Shown here piece after piece: positions 43,115 through 53,883 of a DNA stretch of 64,000 bases. The notes under the pieces were generated by a model. The model did not search any database. It had not been told where the DNA came from and was given only the letters and a program-made list of their open reading frames with translations. Both the position numbers and the translations under genes were made by a program. Source of the stretch: Rhodothermales bacterium (GTDB lineage Bacteria > Bacteroidota > Rhodothermia > Rhodothermales > Bin80); contig OZ244857.1 of NCBI GenBank assembly GCA_965220935.1, positions 2,440,929 to 2,504,928 on the forward strand, in the 5' to 3' direction. Within the stretch, counting starts at the first letter, position 1. The number at the start of each line of letters is the position of its first letter.

Positions 43115-46100
43115 TTGAACTCAGACTCTTTGACTCCCCCCGATTCTAACTCTCGATCACGATGGATGCTATCATTACGGATTGGCATTGTCTTCGTGTT
43201 CGTTTTAGGAAGCCTGTTTCTGACATATATTGGACTTACTCATACAGAGGTTGGTCGTGACTACTTGCGGCAAGAAATTGAGGCCAGATTTGCAGAAAGA
43301 TTTATGGGTCATATTGAGATTGCTACCATCTCTTCTAATCCTCTTCGTAGAATTATTCTTGAGGATATTTCATTCTACGACGAAAATGATCATCTCTGGC
43401 TTCACATCAATCAAATCAATGCTCAACCCAGCTGGGAGGCCATGTTTGGTGGGAAAATTAAACTGGGCTTACTCAATATCATCGGTCCCTCACTCTCTGT
43501 TGAATATCGTGCAGACAGTACATGGAATCTATCATCTGTTCTCTCTCGGAGGCAATTGGCTGCTTCACAAGATTGGGAATTTGAGTCTACCTACATCTCG
43601 GTCTCTGAGGGCGAAATCTCAATATCCTATGAGGATCGCGCGCCACCACCTATCCAATCTGGATGGGTCTTTGATGTGTCACAGTCAACGATTAATGACA
43701 TTTCTGTAAAGGGTCATTTAAATCTACAATCCAATCGTAGACTCTTTACGCTTGAATCATTCAAGGCATCCATTGATACATTAGATTTTTTGGCGAATGG
43801 TGAACTATTGCATGAAGGGAATCTATTTCATATTAATGCTCTACATCTCTCAAGTTCTCTGAATCACGCAACGATCATTGGTGTCCTGTCTGTCACAGAC
43901 AAAACTGCTGACCTATCTCTGATTGATAGTTACTTATCAAAAGAGTTTATGCAGAGAATCTCTCCCAAGGTAGATCCTCCAAATTCTCTCTCATTTAACG
44001 GGAATATCCATCGTAAGTTAAATCAATGGTCTATCAACGATTACACCATCTCCACTGATCAATCGCGTCTCAACATCGCAACTGCCGAGTTCGAAATTAC
44101 TGAAGACCTCATCTCCTTTGAAGCCTCTGTTGAACCAAGTATTCTCAGCCCTGACGACCTCCCGTCAATGGTCAATACATCTCAATGGCACGGTGGAGAC
44201 CTCCAGATTGAAGGGCAGATTCAAGGAAACACAACGATCAGCCAATTAGATCTATCTGGCCGACTGAGCATCCTGACACAAACGGGGAGCATCACCCGTC
44301 TTAAAGCATCCGCTACACGTAACACTACATGGAGATATGCTGCAACTCTAGTCACCTCTAATTTGAACCTGTATGATATTACGGGGGAGGAGGCACTTGC
44401 AGGAAAAGTAAATGGCACATTGCATATCTCTGGGCAAGGATTACGTTCTCCATCGCTGACTGCAGCACTTGTTCTTTCACCGTCAGATATCGGCGGCCGT
44501 ATGGTTGATAGCCTTTCATTAGAGGCCAGGCTGAATCACCAACAGATGAGTCTCACCTCATTTGCAATTGAGCAAGACTCTCATGTCATGACCGAGTTTT
44601 CTGCAGATTGGGCGGACAGTAAACCATCATATCAAGCAACTGGTATTTTTTCATCAGTCGATTTAGGATCTCTGCTCAACATGCCTAAATTAGAGACGAG
44701 GATTCATGCAAGTCTGGCGATGAGCGGCTCAGGAAGTAATTTAGATGATCTGGCTCTTGACCTTGAAATTAAAACGGATTCATCCATGATCACATGGAAT
44801 GAAACGCAGCGCAGTGCTCCCCCAACTAGTTGGACAATCACTGTACTTGATACGACGGCAGCTGAACACCGCCTCACTATTGACAGTGATGTTCTGGACC
44901 TCCAAGTATCCGGGAATATTGCAGAAAGTTCTGTCAATCAGATGGTACCTGCCTTATCAAATGCATTTGATCAAATGTTTGATCGCTTTGCCAGTCGGTT
45001 TAATTCAGATGAGTCTACCTCCACAGTCGAGCGTCATCGTCAAGTAGGCACAGTAACTGTGAATGAAAAAAAGGATGAACCAATATCAATTAACGCCCCG
45101 CCCGTTGACTTAAATGTCGCTTGGCAACTACATGGACATTCAGCCGTTGGTGCCCTGGCCCCGTTTTTGCCCGTATTTGATCGTCATAGTGATGGAGCGA
45201 TGCGAGTGAAGATGGACGGTGAGTCATTTCAACTACAATCTGAATTTCAGAGTGAAAAGATTGAAATTAATAATCTGTCTCTTCATCAAGTTAAGGGTTC
45301 GTTATCTTTGAATGCCGATCTGAGCGAAAATATTGAGTCTAACTGGGATGTAGACCTAACGGTCACTGCCGATTCTCTTAAACGTCAATTGATCACGACT
45401 CGGGCACCAAGCATCTCGTTGACTCAGAAAGGAGATAGTGGAACCATTGACATACGTACTGGAATCGGCAATGCATCCTCACAGGGGACTTTATCATCTG
45501 GCCTCTACCTGTTAGCCGATCGAATCAGACTTCAAATTCAGGATTTGCGTATTCCTATAGGAGATGATATCTGGACAATCTCTCAAAAAACTGATATTGA
45601 ATTTCTCGCTGATGGAACCATCATCAAACCATTGAGGCTTGTGGCTTTGAATCCGCTTCTTGAAGAAATACAAACAATGACGATTCAAGGTAAACTCTCA
45701 TCCGAAGATACATTAAAGGTGAATCTAAACGGCGTTGACCTCAATCACATATCCAATACTCTTCAACTAAGACGCCCCTTAGGCGGTCAAGTTGATGCGG
45801 ACCTATTATGGACTGGTCTATGGCAACCTGAAATTACTGGGACACTTGATGTAGATACCCTTGTTTTTGATAACAGAATCATCGGAAACCTTAGAGCTTC
45901 AAGCACACTGCTCCCAGACAGTCCTGATTTGAAACTTTCCATGGTGATTGACTCCATCGCGGCATCATCAACAAATCATATTCCTTTAACCAATCAGGTT
46001 GAAATGATTGGCAACATCATAGTTAACGCTCAAAACAGACAAGGAGAATTAGACCTGTACTGGGATGTAGAACGTATTGATGCTGCGTTATTAAACATTG

Positions 46101-47695
46101 CTTTTCGTGATCGTGTAGAGTTTGAGGGGGGACTTACAGGAAGTTTTACGCTTCGGGGCTTTAGAAACAACCTTAAATTTGATGGATATCTCGCCTTGGA
46201 TGATGCTAGATTCACTGCTCCAAGATTTAATTCATTTTACAATGCTACAGGAGAATTTTATTTATCGGGAGATCAGATTATGATTGATCAGATCCTGATA
46301 AACGATAGTGAGGGAGGAAGTGCTACGCTTCGTGGAGCATTGAATTTTAATGATTTTCAATATATCTCATTTGATGCGACCACCGAATTTGAATCGCTCC
46401 AAGTCATGAATGTTCTTACTCATAGAAGTGGCTTGCCCTTTTATGGAGATATTAGAATCTCTGGAAATGCATCATTGACAGGCCCAATCTACTCATCCTT
46501 CCTGCGCTCAGACAACCTGATTGTAACCCCACAAAGCGATCTCTATATCCCAGTTCGAGAATCAAACACTACCTTTGATCCTGGATTTATCATTTTCGCT
46601 GACTCAACGCAATCCATTGAGCGCCAATTTGCGACCCTCACTAGAACTCGAGAAACTATTCTTGAGCGACGCCCCGAAGGAGAGCGTGCATTTCTTGATG
46701 GTTTGGACATGGATCTCAACCTCGTTGGCCCCCAGGGATCAAATATTCGATTAGTCATTGACCCACTCTTGGGAGATATCATCAATGGGATTGGGACTGC
46801 CCGAGTACAGATTCAAAGAGCAGGTGGAGAAATGTCCACTTATGGATCGTTTGTCATCAGTTCTGGAGATTATCTCTTTACAGCTGGAGAAATCTTTGCA
46901 CGTCGTTTTTTGATTGACTCTGGTACAATTATCTGGAATGGCGACCCTCTCAATCCAACGCTTGCTATTCGTGGAGCTTATCGAACACGTGCCTCTCGAA
47001 GTGGACTGCCAGAAGATGTAGGTGGTGGCATCCAAACGAGCCTCCCCCTGATTGTTAATCTTGGTGTATCTGGTACCCTGAATGCTGTTCTGATAGATCT
47101 TAACTTAGAGGTGGACCAGCGGCAAGAAGCCATTAGTGATACTCCATTATTAGACTCGTACCTTAATCGACCTGACTTAGCTACAGAGCATGCCACCAGC
47201 GTACTCCTCACAAATTCATTTTTGCTTTCTGCGAATGCTACGCGTTCTGGAGTATTCGCCAGTTCGGCAGTCAATAGTGTGTCCAGTCTAGTCGCAAGCC
47301 AACTTAATCGCTATTTGAGTCAAATGATTCCTCAGGCGGATTTTAGAATTGGAGTTCAGAGTGATGAAACAGTTCAAGAATTAGATGTATCAGCGGGAAT
47401 TGCTTTACGATTACTCAATGAGCGTCTAGTCATTCGTGGTCAGGGAGTCTACCGCGGACTAAATACTGAGGATGTGGCCGCACAGGGGCTGGAAGGTGAA
47501 TTTATCGTAGAAATTCAGTTGAGTCCTTCGGTGTCAATAGAATTCTTTTACCGCCGAGAGGGAGATGTACTCAGTGAGTCACTCATTACCAACGAAGCGG
47601 GGGTTGGACTCAATTATCGAACTGAATTTACATCTTGGAGAAATCTATTTAGACGGGATGTATCCGACTTAATAGATTCCCCTAGTGGCCAGTAG
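43115..47695 (+). CDS. tamB: Translocation-and-assembly-module TamB-like protein (DUF490 C-terminus)
   Basis: 1526 aa. It has a single N-terminal TM helix (IGIVFVFVLGSLFLTYIGL), a long beta-rich repetitive body, and a C-terminal block IIWNGDPLNPTLAIRGAYR...GVGLNYRTEF typical of TamB/DUF490. The start (TTG 43115 vs ATG 43166) is uncertain. Confidence 0.75.
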   Translation: MNSDSLTPPDSNSRSRWMLSLRIGIVFVFVLGSLFLTYIGLTHTEVGRDYLRQEIEARFAERFMGHIEIATISSNPLRRIILEDISFYDENDHLWLHINQINAQPSWEAMFGGKIKLGLLNIIGPSLSVEYRADSTWNLSSVLSRRQLAASQDWEFESTYISVSEGEISISYEDRAPPPIQSGWVFDVSQSTINDISVKGHLNLQSNRRLFTLESFKASIDTLDFLANGELLHEGNLFHINALHLSSSLNHATIIGVLSVTDKTADLSLIDSYLSKEFMQRISPKVDPPNSLSFNGNIHRKLNQWSINDYTISTDQSRLNIATAEFEITEDLISFEASVEPSILSPDDLPSMVNTSQWHGGDLQIEGQIQGNTTISQLDLSGRLSILTQTGSITRLKASATRNTTWRYAATLVTSNLNLYDITGEEALAGKVNGTLHISGQGLRSPSLTAALVLSPSDIGGRMVDSLSLEARLNHQQMSLTSFAIEQDSHVMTEFSADWADSKPSYQATGIFSSVDLGSLLNMPKLETRIHASLAMSGSGSNLDDLALDLEIKTDSSMITWNETQRSAPPTSWTITVLDTTAAEHRLTIDSDVLDLQVSGNIAESSVNQMVPALSNAFDQMFDRFASRFNSDESTSTVERHRQVGTVTVNEKKDEPISINAPPVDLNVAWQLHGHSAVGALAPFLPVFDRHSDGAMRVKMDGESFQLQSEFQSEKIEINNLSLHQVKGSLSLNADLSENIESNWDVDLTVTADSLKRQLITTRAPSISLTQKGDSGTIDIRTGIGNASSQGTLSSGLYLLADRIRLQIQDLRIPIGDDIWTISQKTDIEFLADGTIIKPLRLVALNPLLEEIQTMTIQGKLSSEDTLKVNLNGVDLNHISNTLQLRRPLGGQVDADLLWTGLWQPEITGTLDVDTLVFDNRIIGNLRASSTLLPDSPDLKLSMVIDSIAASSTNHIPLTNQVEMIGNIIVNAQNRQGELDLYWDVERIDAALLNIAFRDRVEFEGGLTGSFTLRGFRNNLKFDGYLALDDARFTAPRFNSFYNATGEFYLSGDQIMIDQILINDSEGGSATLRGALNFNDFQYISFDATTEFESLQVMNVLTHRSGLPFYGDIRISGNASLTGPIYSSFLRSDNLIVTPQSDLYIPVRESNTTFDPGFIIFADSTQSIERQFATLTRTRETILERRPEGERAFLDGLDMDLNLVGPQGSNIRLVIDPLLGDIINGIGTARVQIQRAGGEMSTYGSFVISSGDYLFTAGEIFARRFLIDSGTIIWNGDPLNPTLAIRGAYRTRASRSGLPEDVGGGIQTSLPLIVNLGVSGTLNAVLIDLNLEVDQRQEAISDTPLLDSYLNRPDLATEHATSVLLTNSFLLSANATRSGVFASSAVNSVSSLVASQLNRYLSQMIPQADFRIGVQSDETVQELDVSAGIALRLLNERLVIRGQGVYRGLNTEDVAAQGLEGEFIVEIQLSPSVSIEFFYRREGDVLSESLITNEAGVGLNYRTEFTSWRNLFRRDVSDLIDSPSGQ

Positions 47696-47841
47696 TTTTC
47701 AATGTCTTATCCTGAATCCTATTCCCAGATATGAAGCATGCTCTTACGCCTGGTGACAATTAGAATTTTCGTTATCCTTGGTCAGGGAAGGAAGATACCT
47801 TGCATATTAATTCGGGGAGTTGCTATTTCTGTGTGATTTGC

Positions 47842-47879
47842 AAAAAAAAAGAGGGGATGATTAATTCACCCCCTCTTTT
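47842..47879. terminator. Bidirectional rho-independent terminator between convergent genes
   Basis: An A9 run is followed by the stem gagggg (47851-47856), a 13-nt loop, the stem cccctc (47870-47875) and then tttt. It lies between the tamB stop (47695) and the stop of the minus-strand gene at 47904. Confidence 0.7.
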
Positions 47880-47903
47880 AGAACAATTCGGATTCAATTT
47901 CTG

Positions 47904-48335
47904 CTATCCTACACGCTTATGATAATTGGTATAATAATCATTAAGAACAGAGGCCAGCGTAATGCGTACTTCATCGGACTCTGCATTGGTAGAATTTTGA
48001 CTCAGGAATTCTTTCACGTTTTCTCCGCCTATGGTATGAAGAAGCGCGAGTGCAAGTTTACGATTATCTACAGACTTAGACTCAGCGTAAATTTTACGCA
48101 AAATGGATCCTTCATCAGTCAGGTCAATCTTGTCACGATACAGCGTCACAAGTACGATGGCATTTTTAAGGGTCTGCTCACGCACTGACTGATACTCGGA
48201 ATCAAGAGATGTTTTAATTTGTTCCTTTGCAAGATCCCATCGGATCTCATCATAGTGAGCTAAGGATATAGCATCCTGAGCAAATACTGGCAGCGCTATA
48301 AGAGCAGTAAAACAAAAAGATAGAAGAGTTTTCAT
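47904..48335 (-). CDS. Hypothetical secreted protein (helical-repeat-like)
   Basis: 143 aa with a signal peptide, MKTLLSFCFTALIALPVFAQ. I recognise no diagnostic motif. Confidence 0.5.
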   Translation of the reverse strand: MKTLLSFCFTALIALPVFAQDAISLAHYDEIRWDLAKEQIKTSLDSEYQSVREQTLKNAIVLVTLYRDKIDLTDEGSILRKIYAESKSVDNRKLALALLHTIGGENVKEFLSQNSTNAESDEVRITLASVLNDYYTNYHKRVG

Positions 48336-48433
48336 GGTAAAAATAAAGGTTGGTGGAAAAATCGAAATGTGATTCTTTTAATACTTACGGAAGCGCTTCC
48401 TATTTAGTTACACATATAAAAAATTTTTATTCT

Positions 48434-49042
48434 ATGCCATCTTATGATATTGATCAAGCTGTGCGTCTAATCCGAGCATCAGATCCATTCATGGCTAATC
48501 TGATCCGCCAAGTAGGCCCTTATGAATTAGTCGTTACCAGTGAATGGAGCCCCTTTCAAGCCTTAGTTCGTTCGGTCATCTTTCAACAAATATCAACGCG
48601 GGCAGGCCAAGCAATTCAATCTCGCCTCTTTGACTTATTTGATGGCGCTCCTGAACCTGATGCCTTACTTCGGACTCCTCTTGGATCTCTCAGAAAAATC
48701 GGTCTTTCCAACACAAAAGAAATGACTGTCCGAAGTCTTGCAACCAGTGCAATGAGTGGACTTCTCCCGAACAGAAATGTGATGCTAACCCTCTCTGATC
48801 AAGAGGTGATTGACACTCTTTCACAACATAAGGGAATTGGAATTTGGACTGCTCAGATGTTTCTGATTTTCAATCTTGGAAGGCCAGATGTGTGGCCAAC
48901 CACAGATCTTGGAATTCGCCGTGGATACAAAATTACCTACCATTTAGATGAATTGCCATCCTCATCTGAACTGCAACGATTAGGAGATTGCTGGAAGCCA
49001 TTTCGAAGTGTTGCGAGTTGGTACTTGTGGCGGGCAAATTAA
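48434..49042 (+). CDS. HhH-GPD superfamily DNA glycosylase (AlkA / 3-methyladenine glycosylase II-like)
   Basis: I place the start at ATG 48434 (MPSYDIDQAV...). The helix-hairpin-helix block is LSQHKGIGIWTAQMFLIFNLGRPDVWPTTDLGIRRGY, which includes the catalytic Asp. Confidence 0.8.
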   Translation: MPSYDIDQAVRLIRASDPFMANLIRQVGPYELVVTSEWSPFQALVRSVIFQQISTRAGQAIQSRLFDLFDGAPEPDALLRTPLGSLRKIGLSNTKEMTVRSLATSAMSGLLPNRNVMLTLSDQEVIDTLSQHKGIGIWTAQMFLIFNLGRPDVWPTTDLGIRRGYKITYHLDELPSSSELQRLGDCWKPFRSVASWYLWRAN

Positions 49043-49455
49043 TCTTATTCTGCATACACCTCATTTGGCGTCTTGGTGCAGTCAATCGCATTTCAGTTCA
49101 GGTAGGAGGGTTGTGAGATAATAACTCCGTTCCTTTTGAGTAATAGGAAAAGGTGAGAATTGGAAGAATCCACTTCCCCGCCTTTTTATGGCAAAAGATT
49201 AGCCGTGCCATGGTAATCTCAGTTCTTTGCGGACCATAATACCAGACAGATCATCATCGCATGCATTCAGTTAACAAATCCTGTAAAATATCAAATCTAC
49301 GGGTATGCAAACTGCAAACCACCGAATGATATAATGCAAATTTACGGATTGCAAACTGCAAATCTACCGAAGCGTATAATGCAGATCTACCGAAAACACA
49401 ATATCATGATTGAGACTCTGGAGATAAGACTACACCTATCATTTTTCAAAAACTA

Positions 49456-50721
49456 ATGAAAATTTCGGGTTCTAATATGATTCCACGTGCATCTGAGTTC
49501 TTGCTTGTTGAGGCGCTTGAGGACACACCCATTGTTGTCATCCACGGGGCGCGGCAATGTGGAAAAACGACGCTCGCCAAAAAGGTTGGACAACTACATG
49601 GTTATTCTTACTTCACATTTGATGACGAAGATACCCGACAGTATGCAAGTGATGATCCAAGAGGATTTGTAGACGATCTACCCAGTCATGCCATTGTTGA
49701 TGAGGTACAATATGTGCCAAAATTGTACAGAGCAATCAAAGTATCAGTGGATGAAAACAGGCTCCCCGGAAGATTCATCTTGACGGGATCTACCAATCTG
49801 CTGTATGTTCAGGGATTTGCTGACGCATTTGTTGGCCGGATGCAGACCGTGCACCTGTATCCATTGTCCCAACAGGAGATTGCACAAAATGGCTTCCCCA
49901 ATTTCCTAGACAATCTATTTAATGGAACATTAAAGACAGGCAGGTATGAGCGTTTAAAAGATAACCTTTCAGAGAGAATTGTGTCTGGAGGCTATCCAGA
50001 GGTAGTTACCCGTTTGTCTCACCGTACCCATCTTCGTTGGTACCAAAGTTATGTTGAATCTCTTATCCAGAAAGACATCGTCAATCTGTCCAACATTCGC
50101 TCATCAGAGGTATTTCCCCAAATACTAGCTGCAGCTGCCAGCCTTTCAAGTCAACTTATGAATGTTTCTTTCATCGCAAATAAACTGAAGATGAATCACC
50201 ACACAGTGAGAAATTACTTGACTCTACTGGAACGTCAATTTCTGATTGAACGGCTACCTGCTTGGCACAACAATCAATTTAAACGCCTTATAAAAACACC
50301 TAAGATTCACATTGGAGATACCGGCATTGCAAGTAGTTTACTTAGAACCAATGCACAATCTCTACGGAAAAATCGTTCATTGTATGGGCAGCTCGTTGAA
50401 TCTTTTGTCTTGCAGGAATTAAAACGGCAGGCAAGTTGTTCGTATGAACCATATGAATTCTATCATCTTCGGGATCAAGATGGCCTTGAAGTAGATATCA
50501 TCATAGAACTTGGTGCATTTGAACTAGTGGGTATTGAAGTGAAGTCAGGTGCATCTATCAATAGATCTGATTTTAGGGGATTGAGAAAATTGAAGGATTC
50601 TCATGAAGATCGATTTAAATGTGGTGTGTTGTTCTATGATGGAGAATTCTGCAGAAAGTATGATGACAGAATATACTCTGCACCTATTCGCATGCTCTGG
50701 GAAAGTGAATCAACCAGATAG
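49456..50721 (+). CDS. AAA-type ATPase with DUF4143-like C-terminal domain
   Basis: 421 aa. It carries the Walker A motif IHGARQCGKTTLAK and the Walker B-like motif AIVDEVQYVP. The C-terminal half (FVLQELKRQ...EVDIIIE...GIEVKSG) resembles the restriction-endonuclease-like DUF4143 module. Confidence 0.75.
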   Translation: MKISGSNMIPRASEFLLVEALEDTPIVVIHGARQCGKTTLAKKVGQLHGYSYFTFDDEDTRQYASDDPRGFVDDLPSHAIVDEVQYVPKLYRAIKVSVDENRLPGRFILTGSTNLLYVQGFADAFVGRMQTVHLYPLSQQEIAQNGFPNFLDNLFNGTLKTGRYERLKDNLSERIVSGGYPEVVTRLSHRTHLRWYQSYVESLIQKDIVNLSNIRSSEVFPQILAAAASLSSQLMNVSFIANKLKMNHHTVRNYLTLLERQFLIERLPAWHNNQFKRLIKTPKIHIGDTGIASSLLRTNAQSLRKNRSLYGQLVESFVLQELKRQASCSYEPYEFYHLRDQDGLEVDIIIELGAFELVGIEVKSGASINRSDFRGLRKLKDSHEDRFKCGVLFYDGEFCRKYDDRIYSAPIRMLWESESTR

Positions 50722-51447
50722 TATTTTCTGAAATCAATGACTGATTAACTGATTCGTTATCTCCTAATTGATTATTGTCATAAATTGCATCTGGGGGCTT
50801 GCAAAAACTGAGATTACATTTTTCAGGATGATTAGTGAAAAAACGAAATGATCTGCGAGAACTATCATATAGAATAGGAGATTCAAAGATATCTTCCTAT
50901 TGTGGACAGGCGCAATGTACCATTTACGCACACAAATATGATGGAAAGTCTAAATTCCATCGTTAAAGAACGGTATCATAAGATCCGATGATGGTCCAGT
51001 CCGAACAATATCACCGATGGGCTGTTATGGGCATTCTAGAAGCAGAAAAAGGTGTAAAATACCCGTGTACATAGGACATATCAAACTAAAGAAGCCCTCA
51101 TAGAGCACGTAACCCACGTCAGAATATACACCATACTTGCCAGTCGCGAAATGGTGTTTCAACAAAGATTGAAACAACCCAGGTAGGAAGATGTTATGTT
51201 GAGAAATCTACACGGATGGGGCTATGATAAGAACTGATTATTGTTAAGCAGAGTTGCACTTAAAATCTACGATAGAATGAAGCCCATTTGAAATTTTCAA
51301 TGAATACGTGAAGCGATATTCACAGAATCAATCATATGTAAATTGAGTTCCCAATGAGCCAACACTTTGATTGACAAATGATTCAATTTGAAACCTTTTA
51401 AGGATTGGGTTTCCGCTATACGGAGTCTACTATATATAGACCAGTGA

Positions 51448-51840
51448 TCACTTATTGATACTCTCTACGATGATCTCATCCTTTAGCCATTCTGCTAATT
51501 CTTCCCGCGTCATTTCTCCACGAGCAACGGCAGTAATGACCGATACCATAGCTTCATCGCTAGCCGATAAAATGTACCCACTATTACAAATGAGTAGTTC
51601 TGCCAAATAGAATGACGTTCGCTTATTACCATCCACAAAGCCATGGTTGAAAACAACCCCATGAATGAGAGCAGAGACCTTATCATGAATCGTATCAAAA
51701 TAGCCGCAATATGGACGGGCGATAGCCGAACGGATCGCATGTTCGTTGAGTATTCCAGATGCTCCCCCATCTACGAGTGCTTCGTCATGGGCACGAATCG
51801 CATCGTCCCACGTAATTTGATAATGTATCTTACAGATCAG
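51448..51840 (-). CDS. doc: Doc (death-on-curing) / Fic-family toxin; start codon unresolved
   Basis: My reverse translation reads (L)ICKIHYQITWDDAIRAHDEALVDGGASGILNEHAIRSAIARPYCGYFDTIHDKVSALIHGVVFNHGFVDGNKRTSFYLAELLI... The Fic/Doc motif HxFxDGNKRT is present as HGFVDGNKRT. No ATG, GTG or TTG lies between the in-frame stop at 51888-51886 and the conserved N-terminus, so CTG 51840 is used provisionally. Confidence 0.7.
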   Translation of the reverse strand: MICKIHYQITWDDAIRAHDEALVDGGASGILNEHAIRSAIARPYCGYFDTIHDKVSALIHGVVFNHGFVDGNKRTSFYLAELLICNSGYILSASDEAMVSVITAVARGEMTREELAEWLKDEIIVESINK

Positions 51841-52024
51841 CCAACATCTCCATAGCCTTCCGCCGCCTGACCGAAGTTTCCTTAATTATCTTTTCAGAAA
51901 TCGGGCATACATTGATTTCCTTCCCCAGAGTTGGGGAATAATGCGGAATGGTAGCTCCATTCTTAGATTGGGGCTTAGCCTTGTTTATAAGCACATCAGC
52001 TGGTTTCTGGGTTTTAACCGCCAT
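51830..52024 (-). CDS. Putative antitoxin partner of Doc
   Basis: This is a 64-aa ORF immediately upstream of, and overlapping, the Doc reading frame, which is classic TA organisation. I recognise no motif. Confidence 0.5.
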   Translation of the reverse strand: MAVKTQKPADVLINKAKPQSKNGATIPHYSPTLGKEINVCPISEKIIKETSVRRRKAMEMLADL

Positions 52025-52366
52025 GATTATGTTTAAGTAAATAAATGAGATCCATTATACAAAAACAACGTCTGATAGGTTTCCTTAATACACTTAAACA
52101 TACACCAATCTCTAACAGTATCTCATGACCATTTTCAGATTTGGTTCAACGAACAAAGCTTGATGTATAATTTTGGTTCTTTACAGGTGGAGAATGAGAT
52201 GTAGATGACATAGCAAAATGAAGATATGGTTACCTCGAAAGGTAACACCTCTGAGGAAGCTTTCCGTTCTATTATATCTTTATCATGAATGTTCTAATTA
52301 AAATTGATGATGTCATACAAAGATACATTCAGAGCATAGATTAACTGCCTGCAAAAATAGGATCTT

Positions 52367-53434
52367 CTAAGGCCGTATTTTCACACCCCCCGATCCAGAG
52401 TAAATAATAGTGCTCGTATTGACTTGAAAGCGGTTTTCAAATACTGGAGTGGGACGAACTATCACATCTTGATTGGAGTCAACCGTTAAGAAACATGCTG
52501 CAATTTGATGCTCAACTGCCCAGTCAAACCCTGCTTGATGCCCCATCACATATAACGCTGTTGAAATAATATCGGCATCAAGAGCACTCTCACTCCACAC
52601 CGTTACCGATCCATCCCAATGTACTGGCATTCCAGATCTTGGATCAAGAATATGGCCAATCACTGAGCTATCTCCAAGGATCAGATTTCTCTCACTTCCT
52701 CCACTAGTGGCAAGAGATCCGCTGTCAAAATCTAATTCAATCACTGGCTCATGGCGTAACAATGGATGCGCAATCAATATTGAACGATACGAGTTACGGC
52801 CAGCGACTTGCCCACCAAAATCAATCATCCAAGACTTTAACTCTTTATGCGAAAGATCATAGAGCGCATCTATGGCAGCGCCTTTCCCGAAAGCCCCGGC
52901 ATCTATCAATACATCACTCAAACGGATAATAAGACACTGTTGCGCATCAAAACTGATGGCATTGAGTCCGCCATGTTTTAATATGTTGTCCATTTCATCC
53001 ATAGAGGGGCGACGCCCTATTCCTCGTAGCCCCCATGCCTTAATTAGTGATCCAATTGCTGGATCAAATGCCCCATTAGATTCATGCCACCAATGCATCA
53101 CACGCTCAAGCCAAATGCAAGATCGCGTGGGGAGCGTCATGGGAACTCCAACAGGTTGTTGATTTAACTGTCCAAATGCGCTACTATCAATCCATGTACT
53201 GATTTCTAGCTCAATACCTTCAATGGTACTCACCATCTGCTCAAGGATTTGTAATGCATCCTCACGCTGTCGTGCCTCCACAGTCAATTGCGCCATGGTT
53301 CCCATAAGTAAGACCGAACGTTCAATTTTCACTAGATCGTTGGTCGTCGTGCAATTCGCAGAGGCCACCACAATGAAAACCATTAATGATGTCTTAAAAC
53401 CCAAGTCAATAGAATTGCTATATGGAGGACTCAT
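52367..53434 (-). CDS. apbE: FAD:protein FMN transferase (ApbE family)
   Basis: 355 aa. Typical ApbE blocks are LLMGTMAQLTV, NGAFDPAIG, LIDAGAFGKGAAIDAL, MIDFGGQV and SLATSGGSER. Confidence 0.8.
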   Translation of the reverse strand: MSPPYSNSIDLGFKTSLMVFIVVASANCTTTNDLVKIERSVLLMGTMAQLTVEARQREDALQILEQMVSTIEGIELEISTWIDSSAFGQLNQQPVGVPMTLPTRSCIWLERVMHWWHESNGAFDPAIGSLIKAWGLRGIGRRPSMDEMDNILKHGGLNAISFDAQQCLIIRLSDVLIDAGAFGKGAAIDALYDLSHKELKSWMIDFGGQVAGRNSYRSILIAHPLLRHEPVIELDFDSGSLATSGGSERNLILGDSSVIGHILDPRSGMPVHWDGSVTVWSESALDADIISTALYVMGHQAGFDWAVEHQIAACFLTVDSNQDVIVRPTPVFENRFQVNTSTIIYSGSGGVKIRP

Positions 53435-53883
53435 TCAATTGATGGCAGCTGTTGACGCATCTTGATCATACGTCTGCTTAGTACAATATGAAGCGTGTAG
53501 GTCACTGAAAAAAGAGAACCCGTGATAATGTGTGTCCAAGACCAGATCTGAATCATCCATAGCGTAGATGCAACTTGTAAAAAATAGCCTGACAAAGCCA
53601 TGATGATGAATGTGGCTAACGAAATCAATCCCGTAAGACGATTTTCTGGACGAAGTCTACGGAGTTTCGGAATGATATGGGATCGTAACATGATACCAAA
53701 AAAAACCATAAAAACAGCGGCCGCAACTATATGAACGGCTATGGTCGGTGACTGCCATGGATGTTGAATGACTGCAAAAGAAGCGTCTGAGAGTGTAAAG
53801 TATTTCAGATAGAGATAACCAAAACCTGTCACTGCAACAATGAGATGTAGCATGAAAAACAATCGACGCTCCCAGGGCCTCAT
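53431..53883 (-). CDS. Small integral membrane protein (4 predicted TM helices)
   Basis: 150 aa with four hydrophobic stretches containing conserved His residues. It overlaps both neighbouring genes by 4 nt, consistent with an operon. Confidence 0.5.
   Translation of the reverse strand: MRPWERRLFFMLHLIVAVTGFGYLYLKYFTLSDASFAVIQHPWQSPTIAVHIVAAAVFMVFFGIMLRSHIIPKLRRLRPENRLTGLISLATFIIMALSGYFLQVASTLWMIQIWSWTHIITGSLFSVTYTLHIVLSRRMIKMRQQLPSIE

Noticed and set aside
43230-43709. A 159-aa alternative-frame ORF at the start of tamB.
   Set aside because: It lies entirely within the 1526-aa TamB-like ORF on the same strand. The TamB frame has the TM anchor and family-typical C-terminus.
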